Shown in pieces: positions 26,496 through 36,692 of a stretch of 64,000 nt of DNA. Source of the stretch: a virus; IMG/VR virus record IMGVR_UViG_3300046007_007028, positions 8,440 to 72,439 of that record; one strand, written 5' to 3'. The number at the start of each line of letters is the position of its first letter. The stretch's first letter is position 1. The notes beneath the pieces are model-generated. The model ran no database searches and had not been told where the DNA came from. It saw only the letters and a list, made by a program, of their open reading frames with translations. Position numbers and translations under genes: made by a program.

Positions 26496-26746
26496 CAAAA
26501 ATCAAATTTATTGCTGTCCCAATCCGTATCGGGAAAGCAGCAGCCCTAAATCAATGGCTTGACGGCTTTTGTGAAATCCACGACATTGATAGAGACAAAG
26601 TCAATGTCGTAATGGCTGGGAAATCTGCTGTGCTAAGAATTACGATTGCCAGTTTAGAGCATATCAAACTTTTGTCGGACGGGTTGAAGGATGTGGTGGA
26701 GAAGGCGCCTACCTCAACCCCGCAAAATACTCAACCGACCTCCTGA
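26492..26746 (+). CDS. Hypothetical protein
   Basis: Coupled ORF. Confidence 0.55.
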   Translation: MTKIKFIAVPIRIGKAAALNQWLDGFCEIHDIDRDKVNVVMAGKSAVLRITIASLEHIKLLSDGLKDVVEKAPTSTPQNTQPTS

Positions 26747-27008
26747 CCCTTTTCCATCGTCCCCGCCTTCCTTCTTCGACAAACAAAAAGCTGTCCGCCT
26801 GTATAGCCACCGGAAAAACATAGTTCATGTCCCGGATTAGATATGCCTGTTCCCGTTCCTGGGCCCGGAGCCTGTCCTGAAGCTGTAATGTCAGCAACGC
26901 AAGCGAATCAAACTCCGCACGAGATACGGGCCTTTCAGATGGGATATGAACCGTCGGGCCGGTGCAGGCGGTGGTTAATAATAATAATACGAACGCAATC
27001 TTTTTCAT
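26709..27008 (-). CDS. Lipoprotein, spanin-like candidate
   Basis: MKKIAFVLLLLTTAC lipobox plus coiled coil. Confidence 0.55.
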   Translation of the reverse strand: MKKIAFVLLLLTTACTGPTVHIPSERPVSRAEFDSLALLTLQLQDRLRAQEREQAYLIRDMNYVFPVAIQADSFLFVEEGRRGRWKRVRRSVEYFAGLR

Positions 27009-27349
27009 TTTTTGAACCCTAAATAAACCCCAACAATATGCCAAACTTTTGCCCATCCCTTCCTTTTGAGGCCCTCCACGGCCTCCCGCTTCAACACGGG
27101 CTTGACCTGCGTGTCCCATTCGGGTTTACGAACGTCCCTGAGTCGCTTGTAGGTGTCGAGCATGGCATTTAAGATACGCCAGCCGAGAAGCAATAGCCAT
27201 CCATGGGTGAATAGCCATTGCTCCCAATCGGGGAAGTCCGGTTTGATCTGAAGAAAAACGGCCCCGGCTCTAATTCCCCAGAAAACAGACTGATCCTGAA
27301 GGGTATGAATGTAGTCTTCTTTTAGGTTACAAAAAAACCGGGTCGGCAT
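27005..27349 (-). CDS. Membrane protein, holin/spanin candidate
   Basis: Hydrophobic Trp-rich segments, lysis context. Confidence 0.45.
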   Translation of the reverse strand: MPTRFFCNLKEDYIHTLQDQSVFWGIRAGAVFLQIKPDFPDWEQWLFTHGWLLLLGWRILNAMLDTYKRLRDVRKPEWDTQVKPVLKREAVEGLKRKGWAKVWHIVGVYLGFKK

Positions 27350-27747
27350 TACTCCTCTGTCTTGCGGTGGTAGTACAAGGTGTCGGGTGTCGCAGTTTTC
27401 CATCCGGGTAGTCCGAAGATGTAGGCGATGGCTTGGGCTCCGGTGATTTCATGTCCCTGAACTCTTTTGTTTCCAAGCAAGCCAGTCAGCCTTTCTTCCA
27501 TGGCAAAACCATTAATTCGGAAAGTTGTTTCAATTTTCCAGCCTTTTGAGGACATTTCCCCTGGTAATTGCCGGTTATCCATCCCGATTGCAAACCCCTC
27601 TGAGGTCATCAGGGCGTGGCACAAAGAATCCCCGTGCTTAACCAGCAAACACGGAATCCGCTCGATACGGGTATAAAGTCCGAAAAAGGACCTGACGGGC
27701 CGCTGGATAATGCGCACATCCCACGGCTTTGGGCTGTTATGCTTCAT
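27349..27747 (-). CDS. Hypothetical protein
   Basis: Start MKHNSPKPWD. Confidence 0.6.
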   Translation of the reverse strand: MKHNSPKPWDVRIIQRPVRSFFGLYTRIERIPCLLVKHGDSLCHALMTSEGFAIGMDNRQLPGEMSSKGWKIETTFRINGFAMEERLTGLLGNKRVQGHEITGAQAIAYIFGLPGWKTATPDTLYYHRKTEE

Positions 27748-28117
27748 TTTCGTTTGGCTCAATAAGGACGACAATAATCTTTTCCAGCAAAGCGGGTGCA
27801 ATCGTTCCGGTTTCGTTGGAGATGTCAATCATTTTCAGATCGAGGTCCTCTGTTTCCTGCAAGGCTTCCCAGCGGGTCGAAACGGCGGCATCGGCTTTTT
27901 GGGACATTGCCACAAACTCTTGGTAGGCGATGTCTTTGGCCCCGTCTTTCAAGGCATCCATCTCCTTTTGAACTTCTTCGGAAAACCTCTTCCCGATCCA
28001 TTTAAGCCTATCAAGATTGCGGGCAACCCGGTAAGCGGTAGTGTGCGACAGCTCCTTAGCTGCAAGCTCTCTGAGGCCAAAATACAACTTGGCGGCTTCT
28101 AAAATCTGTAACTTCAT
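27737..28117 (-). CDS. Helical protein, possible tail-fibre assembly chaperone
   Basis: AYRVARNL..L motif; follows fibre genes. Confidence 0.55.
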   Translation of the reverse strand: MKLQILEAAKLYFGLRELAAKELSHTTAYRVARNLDRLKWIGKRFSEEVQKEMDALKDGAKDIAYQEFVAMSQKADAAVSTRWEALQETEDLDLKMIDISNETGTIAPALLEKIIVVLIEPNENEA

Positions 28118-28136
28118 GTGTAAAAAATTTCTGCAA

Positions 28137-28499
28137 TTATACATTAAATCTTCCAAGGTTGTCAGCCCACTCAATCTTGGCCTCGACGAATTGATTGATA
28201 ACAACCGGCTGCCCCATCAGCATAATGAAGAAGTCAAATTCAGACATTATCCCGCCCTCATCAACAAGCTGGCCCTGCTGGTTCACCATCTGGTCTTTGG
28301 TGGCCCTTAGCGTGTACCATTTGGCCGGCATGGGATGGGCGGTTTTGACCTCGTCTTTGATGAAGTAGTGGTCAATCCGGATGCGAAGTCCGACCCCGAA
28401 TCCGAACTCTGGATCAGCGTCGACAACAAGGCCGGAAAAAGAGGCTTCCCGAAGGATATTGCTATCAATGGGGTGTATGGAGATTTCGATTGGAGTCAT
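28137..28499 (-). CDS. Hypothetical tail-associated protein
   Basis: 120 aa downstream of fibres. Confidence 0.65.
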   Translation of the reverse strand: MTPIEISIHPIDSNILREASFSGLVVDADPEFGFGVGLRIRIDHYFIKDEVKTAHPMPAKWYTLRATKDQMVNQQGQLVDEGGIMSEFDFFIMLMGQPVVINQFVEAKIEWADNLGRFNV

Positions 28500-28504
28500 A
28501 GTTT

Positions 28505-29341
28505 TTATACGTTTCTACCTAAAGCAGTTTGAAATGCGTTCACTAAAATCAAGGCTATACGGGCCTGTTCGTCGGTAAGGCCTTTCCCGCCAGCACCGAA
28601 AGAGATTTGCTGAGTTGAAGCAAAATCCCTGCCCGTAGCCCCGTTTCTTGTCCCGTAGTAGAGGTTTCGGTTTGGCCTCGTAGTTGATGCCACGGTTATT
28701 GTTCTGTTAAGCCGATCCCGAATCCACAACTGCATAATGTTGGATGCCTGCCTGTTTGCAAGCCATGCCCCTTGGGTATTGGTTATCCCCAAAGCAAAAG
28801 CCGCTCCCGCAGCGGTCGCATTCAGGGTTCCGTTCCCGTTAAAAGCTGTGCGTGAAGCATTTATCTGGTGGAGATTGGTCCCGTCGCCCGCTCCAAATAA
28901 TACGGTTGCGGCGCCAGAATCCGTCCGGGTGTAAACCATTAGACTTGCATCATTGAGAAGCCCTGCCGTTGATGGGTTGTATCCAAAGTCGGCATAATTG
29001 GGCGTAGGATTTGATGCAAATGCGGGTGTCATTCCCGTCGAAGCGTGCGTCCATGTGCCAAAAAAAGTGGTATTGTATGCGTTCTTCATATCCAAGGCAT
29101 GAGTCGCCGACAAGCCGCCGACTATCGGGTGTATAAAGTCCCATTCATCCCAAATCCCATTCACCACCAGTCCCCATGTAAGGGCGTTGAGAGCATTGAT
29201 AACAGGAACAGTCGGCTCGTATCCAGCAACGTCAAGCCGGTTTAGAAAAGACAGGCAAAAAGGATGAATGTTATCCGGAATAAACGTCGAGGTGGTCCCC
29301 ACGACTACCGTTCCTGATCCGCTTATGGCTGTGAGTGGCAT
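28505..29341 (-). CDS. Tail fibre/spike-associated protein, LamG/lectin-like
   Basis: GIWD...P..GG, GLTD...VNAFQTALGR. Confidence 0.65.
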   Translation of the reverse strand: MPLTAISGSGTVVVGTTSTFIPDNIHPFCLSFLNRLDVAGYEPTVPVINALNALTWGLVVNGIWDEWDFIHPIVGGLSATHALDMKNAYNTTFFGTWTHASTGMTPAFASNPTPNYADFGYNPSTAGLLNDASLMVYTRTDSGAATVLFGAGDGTNLHQINASRTAFNGNGTLNATAAGAAFALGITNTQGAWLANRQASNIMQLWIRDRLNRTITVASTTRPNRNLYYGTRNGATGRDFASTQQISFGAGGKGLTDEQARIALILVNAFQTALGRNV

Positions 29342-29348
29342 GATTTTA

Positions 29349-32300
29349 TCAATTCAAATAATGCGCATAAACCTGAGTTGCCGTAATGGTATTTGAGGCG
29401 CTTGCTGACCCCCATTCGGCCTGAACATCAAACGAAACAGTTGAAGTCATGTTGATGGCACCGGGAACGGCAGGAATATCAAAGCCAGAATCATGCCCGC
29501 TTGTAGTCTCAAAATAAGCCGAACCGCCCGCCCGAACCGTTCCGGAAGCCCCGGTAGTGATGCAAACTATCGTGGCGTTAATTTCCCAATATTTTGAGGA
29601 CATGGACCCTGAATGGAGGAGAGGAATAGTCGCCACCGTAACGCCCCCAATGATAATAAGAATATCGACGTTGTTTGATCCACTATTTGTCCCCCATTCC
29701 CCAGATGCAAATACTTTGATGGTTTTCCCAACCCCAAAGAATCCGGACGGCAGGGTGGTTGAGCCTGTGACTGAGCCGATGATGGAAGTGGGGTCCGTAT
29801 CATTTGTTACCGCCGCAGCAGGAGTAGTGACAGAAAATATCCCCAAAGCCGTCAGGTCCGAGGACTTGGTTAGGTTCCCGGATGAATCCGATACCACCAC
29901 GCCAGAAGAAGACCCGGTGGCAAAGTCAGGGTTGCGGTCAAGGGTAATGAATTTGGTTACCGCTGAGTCTTTGTAGAAAAGCAGGGATGTATTGGTGGGA
30001 GAACCAGTATTCATCCACATTGCCCCGTTTGTTGTCAGGGTTGGCGTAACCCCGGACATTGGAACAAAGATGGCGTGAGGAATAGATGCCGTCGCCCCGG
30101 AAATGTGCATTAAAGCCGTTGGCGTTGTAAGGCCGATACCCACCAGTCCCGCCGTTACCAGCAAGGCATAGTTGTTTGTTCCGCCCGATGCCGTTAGGGA
30201 CAAGGCGATGTTGGTGGTCCCTCCAGTAGCCGTCGAAGAAAGCCCGACATTAGTAGAAGTTCCGCCCGTATGGGTATTAGAAAAAGACCCAGCAGTCGTA
30301 GTTTGGCCTGCCGTCCCATTCGCCCCCGACAATCCCACCGAAAAAAGCGTCTGAGCGTTTGATGCCGCAGCGGTCGACGTTGAGGATAACCGGAAGGCCG
30401 TCGCCCCCGCCAAGGTGTTCCATTGCCATTCCTGAGCGAAATTCCCGTTCCCGGTGATGGTATTGCTTCCTGTTGCAGAGGTCAAAGCCGACAACGCCGT
30501 AGAACCGCCTCCTCCGCCCGTTACCCAACTCAGCACTCCAGACCCGTTCGTTTGAAGCACCTGTCCGGAAGTCCCGTCTGCCGTTGGCAGCGTGTACGTT
30601 ACCGATGCCGAGGCCACTCCGGATTGGATGGTGGTGGTATTGGCGTTGGTTCCGTTGCGAAAAACAATCGCCCCCGCAATCGAAGAGGCCGTACCCAAAG
30701 TCAGGGCCGATGCCCCCGTGGCGACAAGGCCGACGAAAGTACCGACGCCGGAATCATTTAGGGTAGCGGCGGAGTTTTGAATAAGCTTCCCAGTGGTGCC
30801 ATCAAACCTCGTAAAAGCATTGTCAGTAGCCGATCCTGGCCCCACCACATCCCCCGTTCCCGCTACGTTGGCCCACGAAGGAAGTCCGGACGCCAAAGTC
30901 AATACCTGACCATTCGAGCCAACCCCAAGCCTTGTGAACAGGCCGCCAGAATTTCGGTAGTAAATATCCCCCGTCGCATCCGAGCCTACGTTAATTACGG
31001 GGGAAGTCAGGGTTTTGTTTGTTAATGCCTGAGTGGTGGCCTCCCCAACGAATGTGTCGCTCGAATCAGGAACAATCCACGAAACAGCACCGGTCAGTAA
31101 AGAAATATCAAAGACAAGGCTCGATGAGGGCGATGTAGCGTCGTCGGCTATAAAGAAATTCGCAGCCGTAACCCACAGGTCCGACCCGTCAGTTATCATG
31201 CGGGCAAACCCGTCAAAAGCCCCAGCGTTGTTCCACTGAATTTCCCCGCTTGAACCTCCCGGAGTTCCGCCACCGCCACTTGATGTAAGCACCCCAGACC
31301 CAGACAAAGAAAGGCCAGAGCCAATCGTTATTTGCTGAATATCCCCTGAGCCCGCACCCCAACGACCAAGTAAGATTGCCGTTGATACATTCTGCATCTT
31401 AGCAAATGATACGGCATCGTTGGCTATGGTCATTACCCCGTCCTTATCCAAAGACCCGTCACCGGACATTGGAACCCCCACAGCCGCATTGGCGTCGCTT
31501 CCAACAAAGATGTAGGCTTCTGTCAGGGTATCATCAAGCTTATTTGCCAAAGCATCTGTAAGCCCAAAGACCTGACTCTGCGCAATCGTCGGAATATCTC
31601 CCGCAACCAGAGTGTCCCAGACGGGGGCCGTTGCCGTGCCCAATGTTGACAAAGACCGTAGAAATTTGCGGGTATTGGTGGTGTCCCCGGCAAGCCTTGT
31701 TGGCGACCCTAATGCTGCCCCGTAGATAATGTCCCCCAAAGTAGTCATCGGGTTTGTCAGGGAACTGATGGTGGCGTATTCAAGCTCTGTTCCGCCAGCA
31801 TTTACCCTCAAAACCTGCAAGGCCGACCCAAGCGTGGTAAGGCCCGTACCACCATAAGCAATCTGAATCGTATTCCCCTGCCATGTGGTTGATGTAATTG
31901 GCGAGGTTACCCTTATGCGGGATGTGGCATCGTCGTAGCTTAGATTCGTCCCAAGGGTTACAAACCTTGCCGCTGCCGAGCTCTGGTCCCAAAAGAAAAA
32001 GGCATCTGCCGCCGGGGCAGATAAAACCGTTTGAGTGCCACCATAGGCCAGTGCCACGGGATCAGCCTCCCATGCACCCTGCACCACCGACCCAACGATC
32101 AGATCAGACCCAATCGTTACATCCGTTGCCGTCCCGCCAATAAGCAAAGACCCCGCAGAATCAATACCAAAACCCGTCGAGAAATTCAGGGTTCCGGTCA
32201 TTGTGTCCCCGGCCTTTAGCACATACAAAGACAGATCCGGAGCCGATGGAAGGGTCGCCCATTCCAAAGCCGTAGCCCCGGCGTTCACCCTCAAATATTG

Positions 32301-32897
32301 CAGGGCCGTACCGATGGCAGTCAGGCCCGTGCCGCCTTTTGTAGTTGATATGGCCGTGGCGTTCCAGACTCCGGTGGTAAAGGCATTGCCCGTAAGCACG
32401 GCCTGACCAATATTTACCTGAGTGGCCCCCGTGCCAAGGTTTAGGACCCCCGTTGAGGTAAGGCCCAGTCCGGTGCCGAAAGTAATGTTGCCCGTCATTG
32501 TGCCTCCCGCAAGCAAGAGGTAGGTATTGAACTTGGCAATCAGGTCGGTTTGGTCGTTGATGTTGCCAACCCCGCCACCCCATAGCCACGAAGTCGCCGT
32601 CCCAGAGGGTGCGGTTTCAAACAGGAATGGTTGGTACAAGTTGATGATTTCAACCGGGACGTTGGTGTTTAGCTGCGCATTGTCAACCAGAAGAGTGAGC
32701 AGGCGAAGGCGTAGTTCCTCGGTTTGGTTGGTGTCTGCCGATCCCTCTAAAAGCTGGTTGTACCAGACTATGTTGTTGATCTGCTGCTGACCAGAGCGAC
32801 CCGCAGCCCTTTCGGTGCGCAGGAGTGCCCTTTGCTCGGCAATCTTCTCGATTGCGGCATTGGTGTAGGCTTCAAGGTTGTCTAAGTAATTTGCCAT
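29349..32897 (-). CDS. Long tail fibre protein
   Basis: G/T/S-rich; repeated GGTMTG, GGTGLT..G.ALQ.LRVNAG and GQVL..G..SW modules. Confidence 0.85.
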   Translation of the reverse strand: MANYLDNLEAYTNAAIEKIAEQRALLRTERAAGRSGQQQINNIVWYNQLLEGSADTNQTEELRLRLLTLLVDNAQLNTNVPVEIINLYQPFLFETAPSGTATSWLWGGGVGNINDQTDLIAKFNTYLLLAGGTMTGNITFGTGLGLTSTGVLNLGTGATQVNIGQAVLTGNAFTTGVWNATAISTTKGGTGLTAIGTALQYLRVNAGATALEWATLPSAPDLSLYVLKAGDTMTGTLNFSTGFGIDSAGSLLIGGTATDVTIGSDLIVGSVVQGAWEADPVALAYGGTQTVLSAPAADAFFFWDQSSAAARFVTLGTNLSYDDATSRIRVTSPITSTTWQGNTIQIAYGGTGLTTLGSALQVLRVNAGGTELEYATISSLTNPMTTLGDIIYGAALGSPTRLAGDTTNTRKFLRSLSTLGTATAPVWDTLVAGDIPTIAQSQVFGLTDALANKLDDTLTEAYIFVGSDANAAVGVPMSGDGSLDKDGVMTIANDAVSFAKMQNVSTAILLGRWGAGSGDIQQITIGSGLSLSGSGVLTSSGGGGTPGGSSGEIQWNNAGAFDGFARMITDGSDLWVTAANFFIADDATSPSSSLVFDISLLTGAVSWIVPDSSDTFVGEATTQALTNKTLTSPVINVGSDATGDIYYRNSGGLFTRLGVGSNGQVLTLASGLPSWANVAGTGDVVGPGSATDNAFTRFDGTTGKLIQNSAATLNDSGVGTFVGLVATGASALTLGTASSIAGAIVFRNGTNANTTTIQSGVASASVTYTLPTADGTSGQVLQTNGSGVLSWVTGGGGGSTALSALTSATGSNTITGNGNFAQEWQWNTLAGATAFRLSSTSTAAASNAQTLFSVGLSGANGTAGQTTTAGSFSNTHTGGTSTNVGLSSTATGGTTNIALSLTASGGTNNYALLVTAGLVGIGLTTPTALMHISGATASIPHAIFVPMSGVTPTLTTNGAMWMNTGSPTNTSLLFYKDSAVTKFITLDRNPDFATGSSSGVVVSDSSGNLTKSSDLTALGIFSVTTPAAAVTNDTDPTSIIGSVTGSTTLPSGFFGVGKTIKVFASGEWGTNSGSNNVDILIIIGGVTVATIPLLHSGSMSSKYWEINATIVCITTGASGTVRAGGSAYFETTSGHDSGFDIPAVPGAINMTSTVSFDVQAEWGSASASNTITATQVYAHYLN

Positions 32898-32898
32898 A

Positions 32899-33558
32899 TC
32901 AACAGTTACATAGGCATGAAGGATCATTGCATAGCGTCACAAGCTCGTCAATCTGAGCCTGCGCCTCCGTGTAAATATCCTCCGTGGATTCAACATTAGG
33001 AACAAGGGATGGAATGCACGTACTGAGCGTTGCTGCCGTCCCTATAAACATTGCATTCTTTTCAAGCCACTCCTCCTGAGAACAATTGCTTGGAAACTTG
33101 TTATTTAGCCGCCTCAAAGCATCGTAAACACAATTGGATTCGTTTACGTTCATCCATACCGGAAGCTGCCCCAGTGCCCCGCTTGACTGAGCAAGGTCAA
33201 TGAAAGCGTCCCAGTCGTAGCCTTCATCCAAAAGCTCCACCCAATTAAGGGAATTATCCACCACAAGTTCCACAAGCTGAATAACTCTGTCTGCCCCACC
33301 ACTTAGGTTGGCAAACGTGCGTGTGGACTGAGAGGGCGGAACGCGGATAAGGGAAATGTCTGAAAACGGCAAAAACCGGTACATAAACCAGATATTCACC
33401 TCGCTTTCTTCGGGCCTGGTCAGTGTTCCAGAGCCCGGAGGCGCAAAACCACCCGGACTTTCTGGATATGTTCCGGTGGCGTCGGCGACGGTGAAAGCCG
33501 TGTTGTCGGCAGAAATTGAAGTGACAGAAGGAATAATGCGAAGGTCAGAATACGGCAT
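32899..33558 (-). CDS. Tail hub/fibre attachment-like protein
   Basis: D.TG.Y...GGF and C-terminal CLCNC; directly upstream of fibre. Confidence 0.55.
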   Translation of the reverse strand: MPYSDLRIIPSVTSISADNTAFTVADATGTYPESPGGFAPPGSGTLTRPEESEVNIWFMYRFLPFSDISLIRVPPSQSTRTFANLSGGADRVIQLVELVVDNSLNWVELLDEGYDWDAFIDLAQSSGALGQLPVWMNVNESNCVYDALRRLNNKFPSNCSQEEWLEKNAMFIGTAATLSTCIPSLVPNVESTEDIYTEAQAQIDELVTLCNDPSCLCNC

Positions 33559-33752
33559 CAGCTTCCAAAGTTATTTTGTGCTTTCTCCAAAAGTTGCTCC
33601 ACCCTGACTCCGTCGTTTAGGGCCTCGCTCACCACAATATCGGCATAAATAGCCAGCATTTGCGTTGCCGTCCGGTCCGGACCGCTGTTGGTCCGCTCCC
33701 CGGCCTGAGCCACGGCAAGATAAGCGTTTGTCAAAAGTTCTGCGGCAGTCAT
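33558..33752 (-). CDS. Hypothetical protein
   Basis: Downstream of TACATTTG box at 33772-33779. Confidence 0.55.
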   Translation of the reverse strand: MTAAELLTNAYLAVAQAGERTNSGPDRTATQMLAIYADIVVSEALNDGVRVEQLLEKAQNNFGS

Positions 33753-33782
33753 GGGCAAAGTCTATTGGCTACAAATGTAAAG

Positions 33783-33812
33783 AAAAAAGCCGCGTATTAT
33801 TACACGGCTTTT
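33783..33812 (-). terminator. Intrinsic terminator
   Basis: aaaagccgtgtaa-taa-tacgcggctttttt on minus strand. Confidence 0.65.
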
Positions 33813-34129
33813 ATCAACTTATCGACGATTTCCTGTCGCTCGCAGCACGAGGCTATCAACTCGTCTATTTCTTTTGGGACAACAGCCCTTTCATCTCCCA
33901 CCTCCACAATATCGGGGTTCAGTGGTTCATTGATATGGGGCAGGATGTCAACCCAGCACTCGTCAAATCCCCCGTCAATAATGGCCTGAGCCAAGACGGG
34001 TCCACAGAACAGGATAATAGGCCCTTTGTTCTCTGCCCACCATAAAGCCCTCCCGACAAGGTCGGAAAGACTTTCTTTGGTGATGACAAAGTTGTTTGGG
34101 ACGGTTTGGTGTCCGGTGGTATCAAGCAT
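33800..34129 (-). CDS. Hypothetical protein
   Basis: 109 aa. Confidence 0.65.
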   Translation of the reverse strand: MLDTTGHQTVPNNFVITKESLSDLVGRALWWAENKGPIILFCGPVLAQAIIDGGFDECWVDILPHINEPLNPDIVEVGDERAVVPKEIDELIASCCERQEIVDKLIKAV

Positions 34130-35172
34130 TATTCCCCAACTTTAGCGGATTTTGCCCCGGACTTACTCGTCTTGGAAAGCTCATCAAGGTAGGTGGCAAG
34201 GGCTTTGTAGCCGTCGCTGCCATCAATCTTTTTCTTGATATACAACACGCGCTCCTCTTCGTTTACAAACGTCGGGATTGGCTCCTCAAACTTGAAAAAC
34301 ACCTTCCCGTTGTCGGTCCGGATTGCCTCAAAGTCTGTCAGCTTCACCTTACCGCTTTTGATGGCGCCAACAAACTGGTCAACCTCAATGGCATTGTCAA
34401 GGTCTGCAAAGATTTTGCGCATCCTGTCGTAGCCACCAACTTCTTTGACCTTGTTGACAAGGTAAGCCCGTGCCCCTGGTGTGGACTTGGCAAGCGTTGG
34501 TTGATTGAAGAATTTGTACCCGCGGAAATTGTCGGACATCAAAATTTGCAGATGGCCCTCCTGAACTTCGCGAATCTTGTCGTTGACCTCCTGTTCCCGC
34601 TCCCACGCATCGTACACATCCACGCCCTGAAGATCAGGGTTCTTGAACTCAAATGTCCAATTCCTGCGCAGCACCATATTAGCAATAACATTCTTGCGGG
34701 TCACTTCCTTCCCGTCCTGCCTTAGCTTTGATATTGTGGCAAGGATGTCCTGACGGCATTGTGGGTGCAACTGAAGCACCAGCCAATCAATTTGGTCCTC
34801 TTGGTTGTCGCCACGAAAGGTCTGAACGCCAAAGTTGTTGAACTGGCGACGACGGAACCTTGGCATATTGTTTCCGTGCCAGCCCGCATGAAAGCCAAGC
34901 AATACCTTTTGAGCATTCCATGTAATGTCCCATGATTTTATCAGTCCGATAACGCCGAGCCTTTGCTCCACGCCGGAAGATATAACCTTGTTTTTGTCAA
35001 GGGACGAGCCTTTCTGAACGTGAACCTTCGTAAAAAAGGTTGGGTTGATCGTCACTTGCTTTACTTCTCCCGGACTTAAAATGTCAAGGAGGCTTTTGTC
35101 TGTCGCTTTCGCATCGTACAATTCCGATGGGAGGTCATTGACCTTTACCACCATGGTAGTTAAGCTTTGCAT
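34129..35172 (-). CDS. Head-associated hypothetical protein
   Basis: 347 aa immediately after capsid gene. Confidence 0.7.
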   Translation of the reverse strand: MQSLTTMVVKVNDLPSELYDAKATDKSLLDILSPGEVKQVTINPTFFTKVHVQKGSSLDKNKVISSGVEQRLGVIGLIKSWDITWNAQKVLLGFHAGWHGNNMPRFRRRQFNNFGVQTFRGDNQEDQIDWLVLQLHPQCRQDILATISKLRQDGKEVTRKNVIANMVLRRNWTFEFKNPDLQGVDVYDAWEREQEVNDKIREVQEGHLQILMSDNFRGYKFFNQPTLAKSTPGARAYLVNKVKEVGGYDRMRKIFADLDNAIEVDQFVGAIKSGKVKLTDFEAIRTDNGKVFFKFEEPIPTFVNEEERVLYIKKKIDGSDGYKALATYLDELSKTSKSGAKSAKVGE

Positions 35173-35197
35173 TTTTTTGTTTGTTAAAAGGTAAATA

Positions 35198-35228
35198 AAA
35201 AAGCAGGGGACACCGCGCCCCCTGCTTT
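35198..35228 (-). terminator. Terminator after capsid gene
   Basis: aaagcagggg...cccctgctttttt. Confidence 0.75.
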
Positions 35229-35241
35229 GAAGAAAACATTT

Positions 35242-36672
35242 TTAGGCAGGTGCCCCAAAGTAGAGCTTGTTTGCAAGCATCGTTTGAACGGCAATGTCCT
35301 TACCCATGGTCATGTAGAACTCTTCTTTTTGAAGGTTCTCAGGATTGACGTTATAAACCCTTGTTTTGAGTTTCTGACCGCCAATCATTTGAGGAGATTC
35401 CTTCTGAAGAATCCGTACCATCGGAGCAGTAACGGAGAAAGAAGTGTTGGACATTCCTTTCTGCAAAGCATACTGCTGGTCAGGGATAATGATGAAGGCA
35501 TTATTCCAGTAGGCAGCGGTTTGCACGCCGTCAGAGTTCAATGGCGAATACATTTCCTTGTGTGACCACTCAGAGGCATTCATCAAATCAAACTCCCTTA
35601 CGCCCAAGATAAACCGGCCCAAAGTCCGCTTAATCTGGTTGCGCTCACTGTTTTGGATGCCCTCCCCGGAGATATACTGGATAGCCCCGTTGGTAAGAGC
35701 GGCAAAGTTGTTGCGCTGCAAGGTATTGACCGCGTTTGCACCACCCCAGAAATTGACCTTAGACCCCGCCTGAACAGCGTCAAGCTGATCGGAGATGTCA
35801 TAAAAGTCATCAAAGGTCATTGTGCCAGCGGCAAAAGTGTCGCTGATGCCGTATGTCTGAGCGGCGGAAACGTACCCTTGAGTAGTCGCCTTCCCGTTCA
35901 AAGTTTCGCCCCGGCTAACGGTGGCAATGGCAGAAGTTTCAAGGTAAGAAGTCAGGATTGCATCCGAGAAAATCTTGGCGGCAAGGTAGGTCTGACCCTC
36001 AAACTTGAACTCAAAAGACTGGTTGTAAGCAGCCGGATTGATTGTGGCCGAGCTGGTCAGTTGGTACTGCCATGTTACGCCATAACGGGACCAGCCACGA
36101 ACCGATCCACCAGGAAAGCTGTCGCCATACGCAAACGCAGAGGCTTGTGGCTTCAAAACGTCACCAGAGGCCACCAGCGTATTCAGCACCGCAGTTGATG
36201 TGGATTTGAATTTGATGGTGTGTGTGCTTGAGGCGGGGTCAAATACGGGAGCCTCGGAAACAATCAACTGAGTGGACGGAACCGCCCCTTCAAAGATTTT
36301 ACCGATAGTACCGTAGTTGTAGAAGTAGTCTGACCCGTTGTTGTCAAAGGAATTGGCAACAACAGTAACAGTGATTTCAGCACCGGCAGATGCACCACCA
36401 GTAGTGGAAACAACCGTAAGGGTGTTGAGGACAGAGTTTTGCTCTGTATGGAAGATGTTGTTGGTATCGACGGCAACGCCTACGAATCCACCATTATCAA
36501 CCTGATTAGCCATGAACCCATTTTCGATGGGGGCACGGTCTTCGTACTGGTCCAGAAGGACTGGCCAGAACTGACGGGTTTGCGACGTTGAGTCAGCAAA
36601 ACCAGCAAGAACCTGAGAGATGTCGGGGGTTGAACCACTACCGGCACCAACAGGACCAAATAATGCAGCCAT
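35242..36672 (-). CDS. Major capsid protein (putative)
   Basis: 476 aa, portal-scaffold-capsid order, followed by strong terminator. Confidence 0.75.
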   Translation of the reverse strand: MAALFGPVGAGSGSTPDISQVLAGFADSTSQTRQFWPVLLDQYEDRAPIENGFMANQVDNGGFVGVAVDTNNIFHTEQNSVLNTLTVVSTTGGASAGAEITVTVVANSFDNNGSDYFYNYGTIGKIFEGAVPSTQLIVSEAPVFDPASSTHTIKFKSTSTAVLNTLVASGDVLKPQASAFAYGDSFPGGSVRGWSRYGVTWQYQLTSSATINPAAYNQSFEFKFEGQTYLAAKIFSDAILTSYLETSAIATVSRGETLNGKATTQGYVSAAQTYGISDTFAAGTMTFDDFYDISDQLDAVQAGSKVNFWGGANAVNTLQRNNFAALTNGAIQYISGEGIQNSERNQIKRTLGRFILGVREFDLMNASEWSHKEMYSPLNSDGVQTAAYWNNAFIIIPDQQYALQKGMSNTSFSVTAPMVRILQKESPQMIGGQKLKTRVYNVNPENLQKEEFYMTMGKDIAVQTMLANKLYFGAPA

Positions 36673-36692
36673 TGTTGTGTAAAAGTTTTTTA

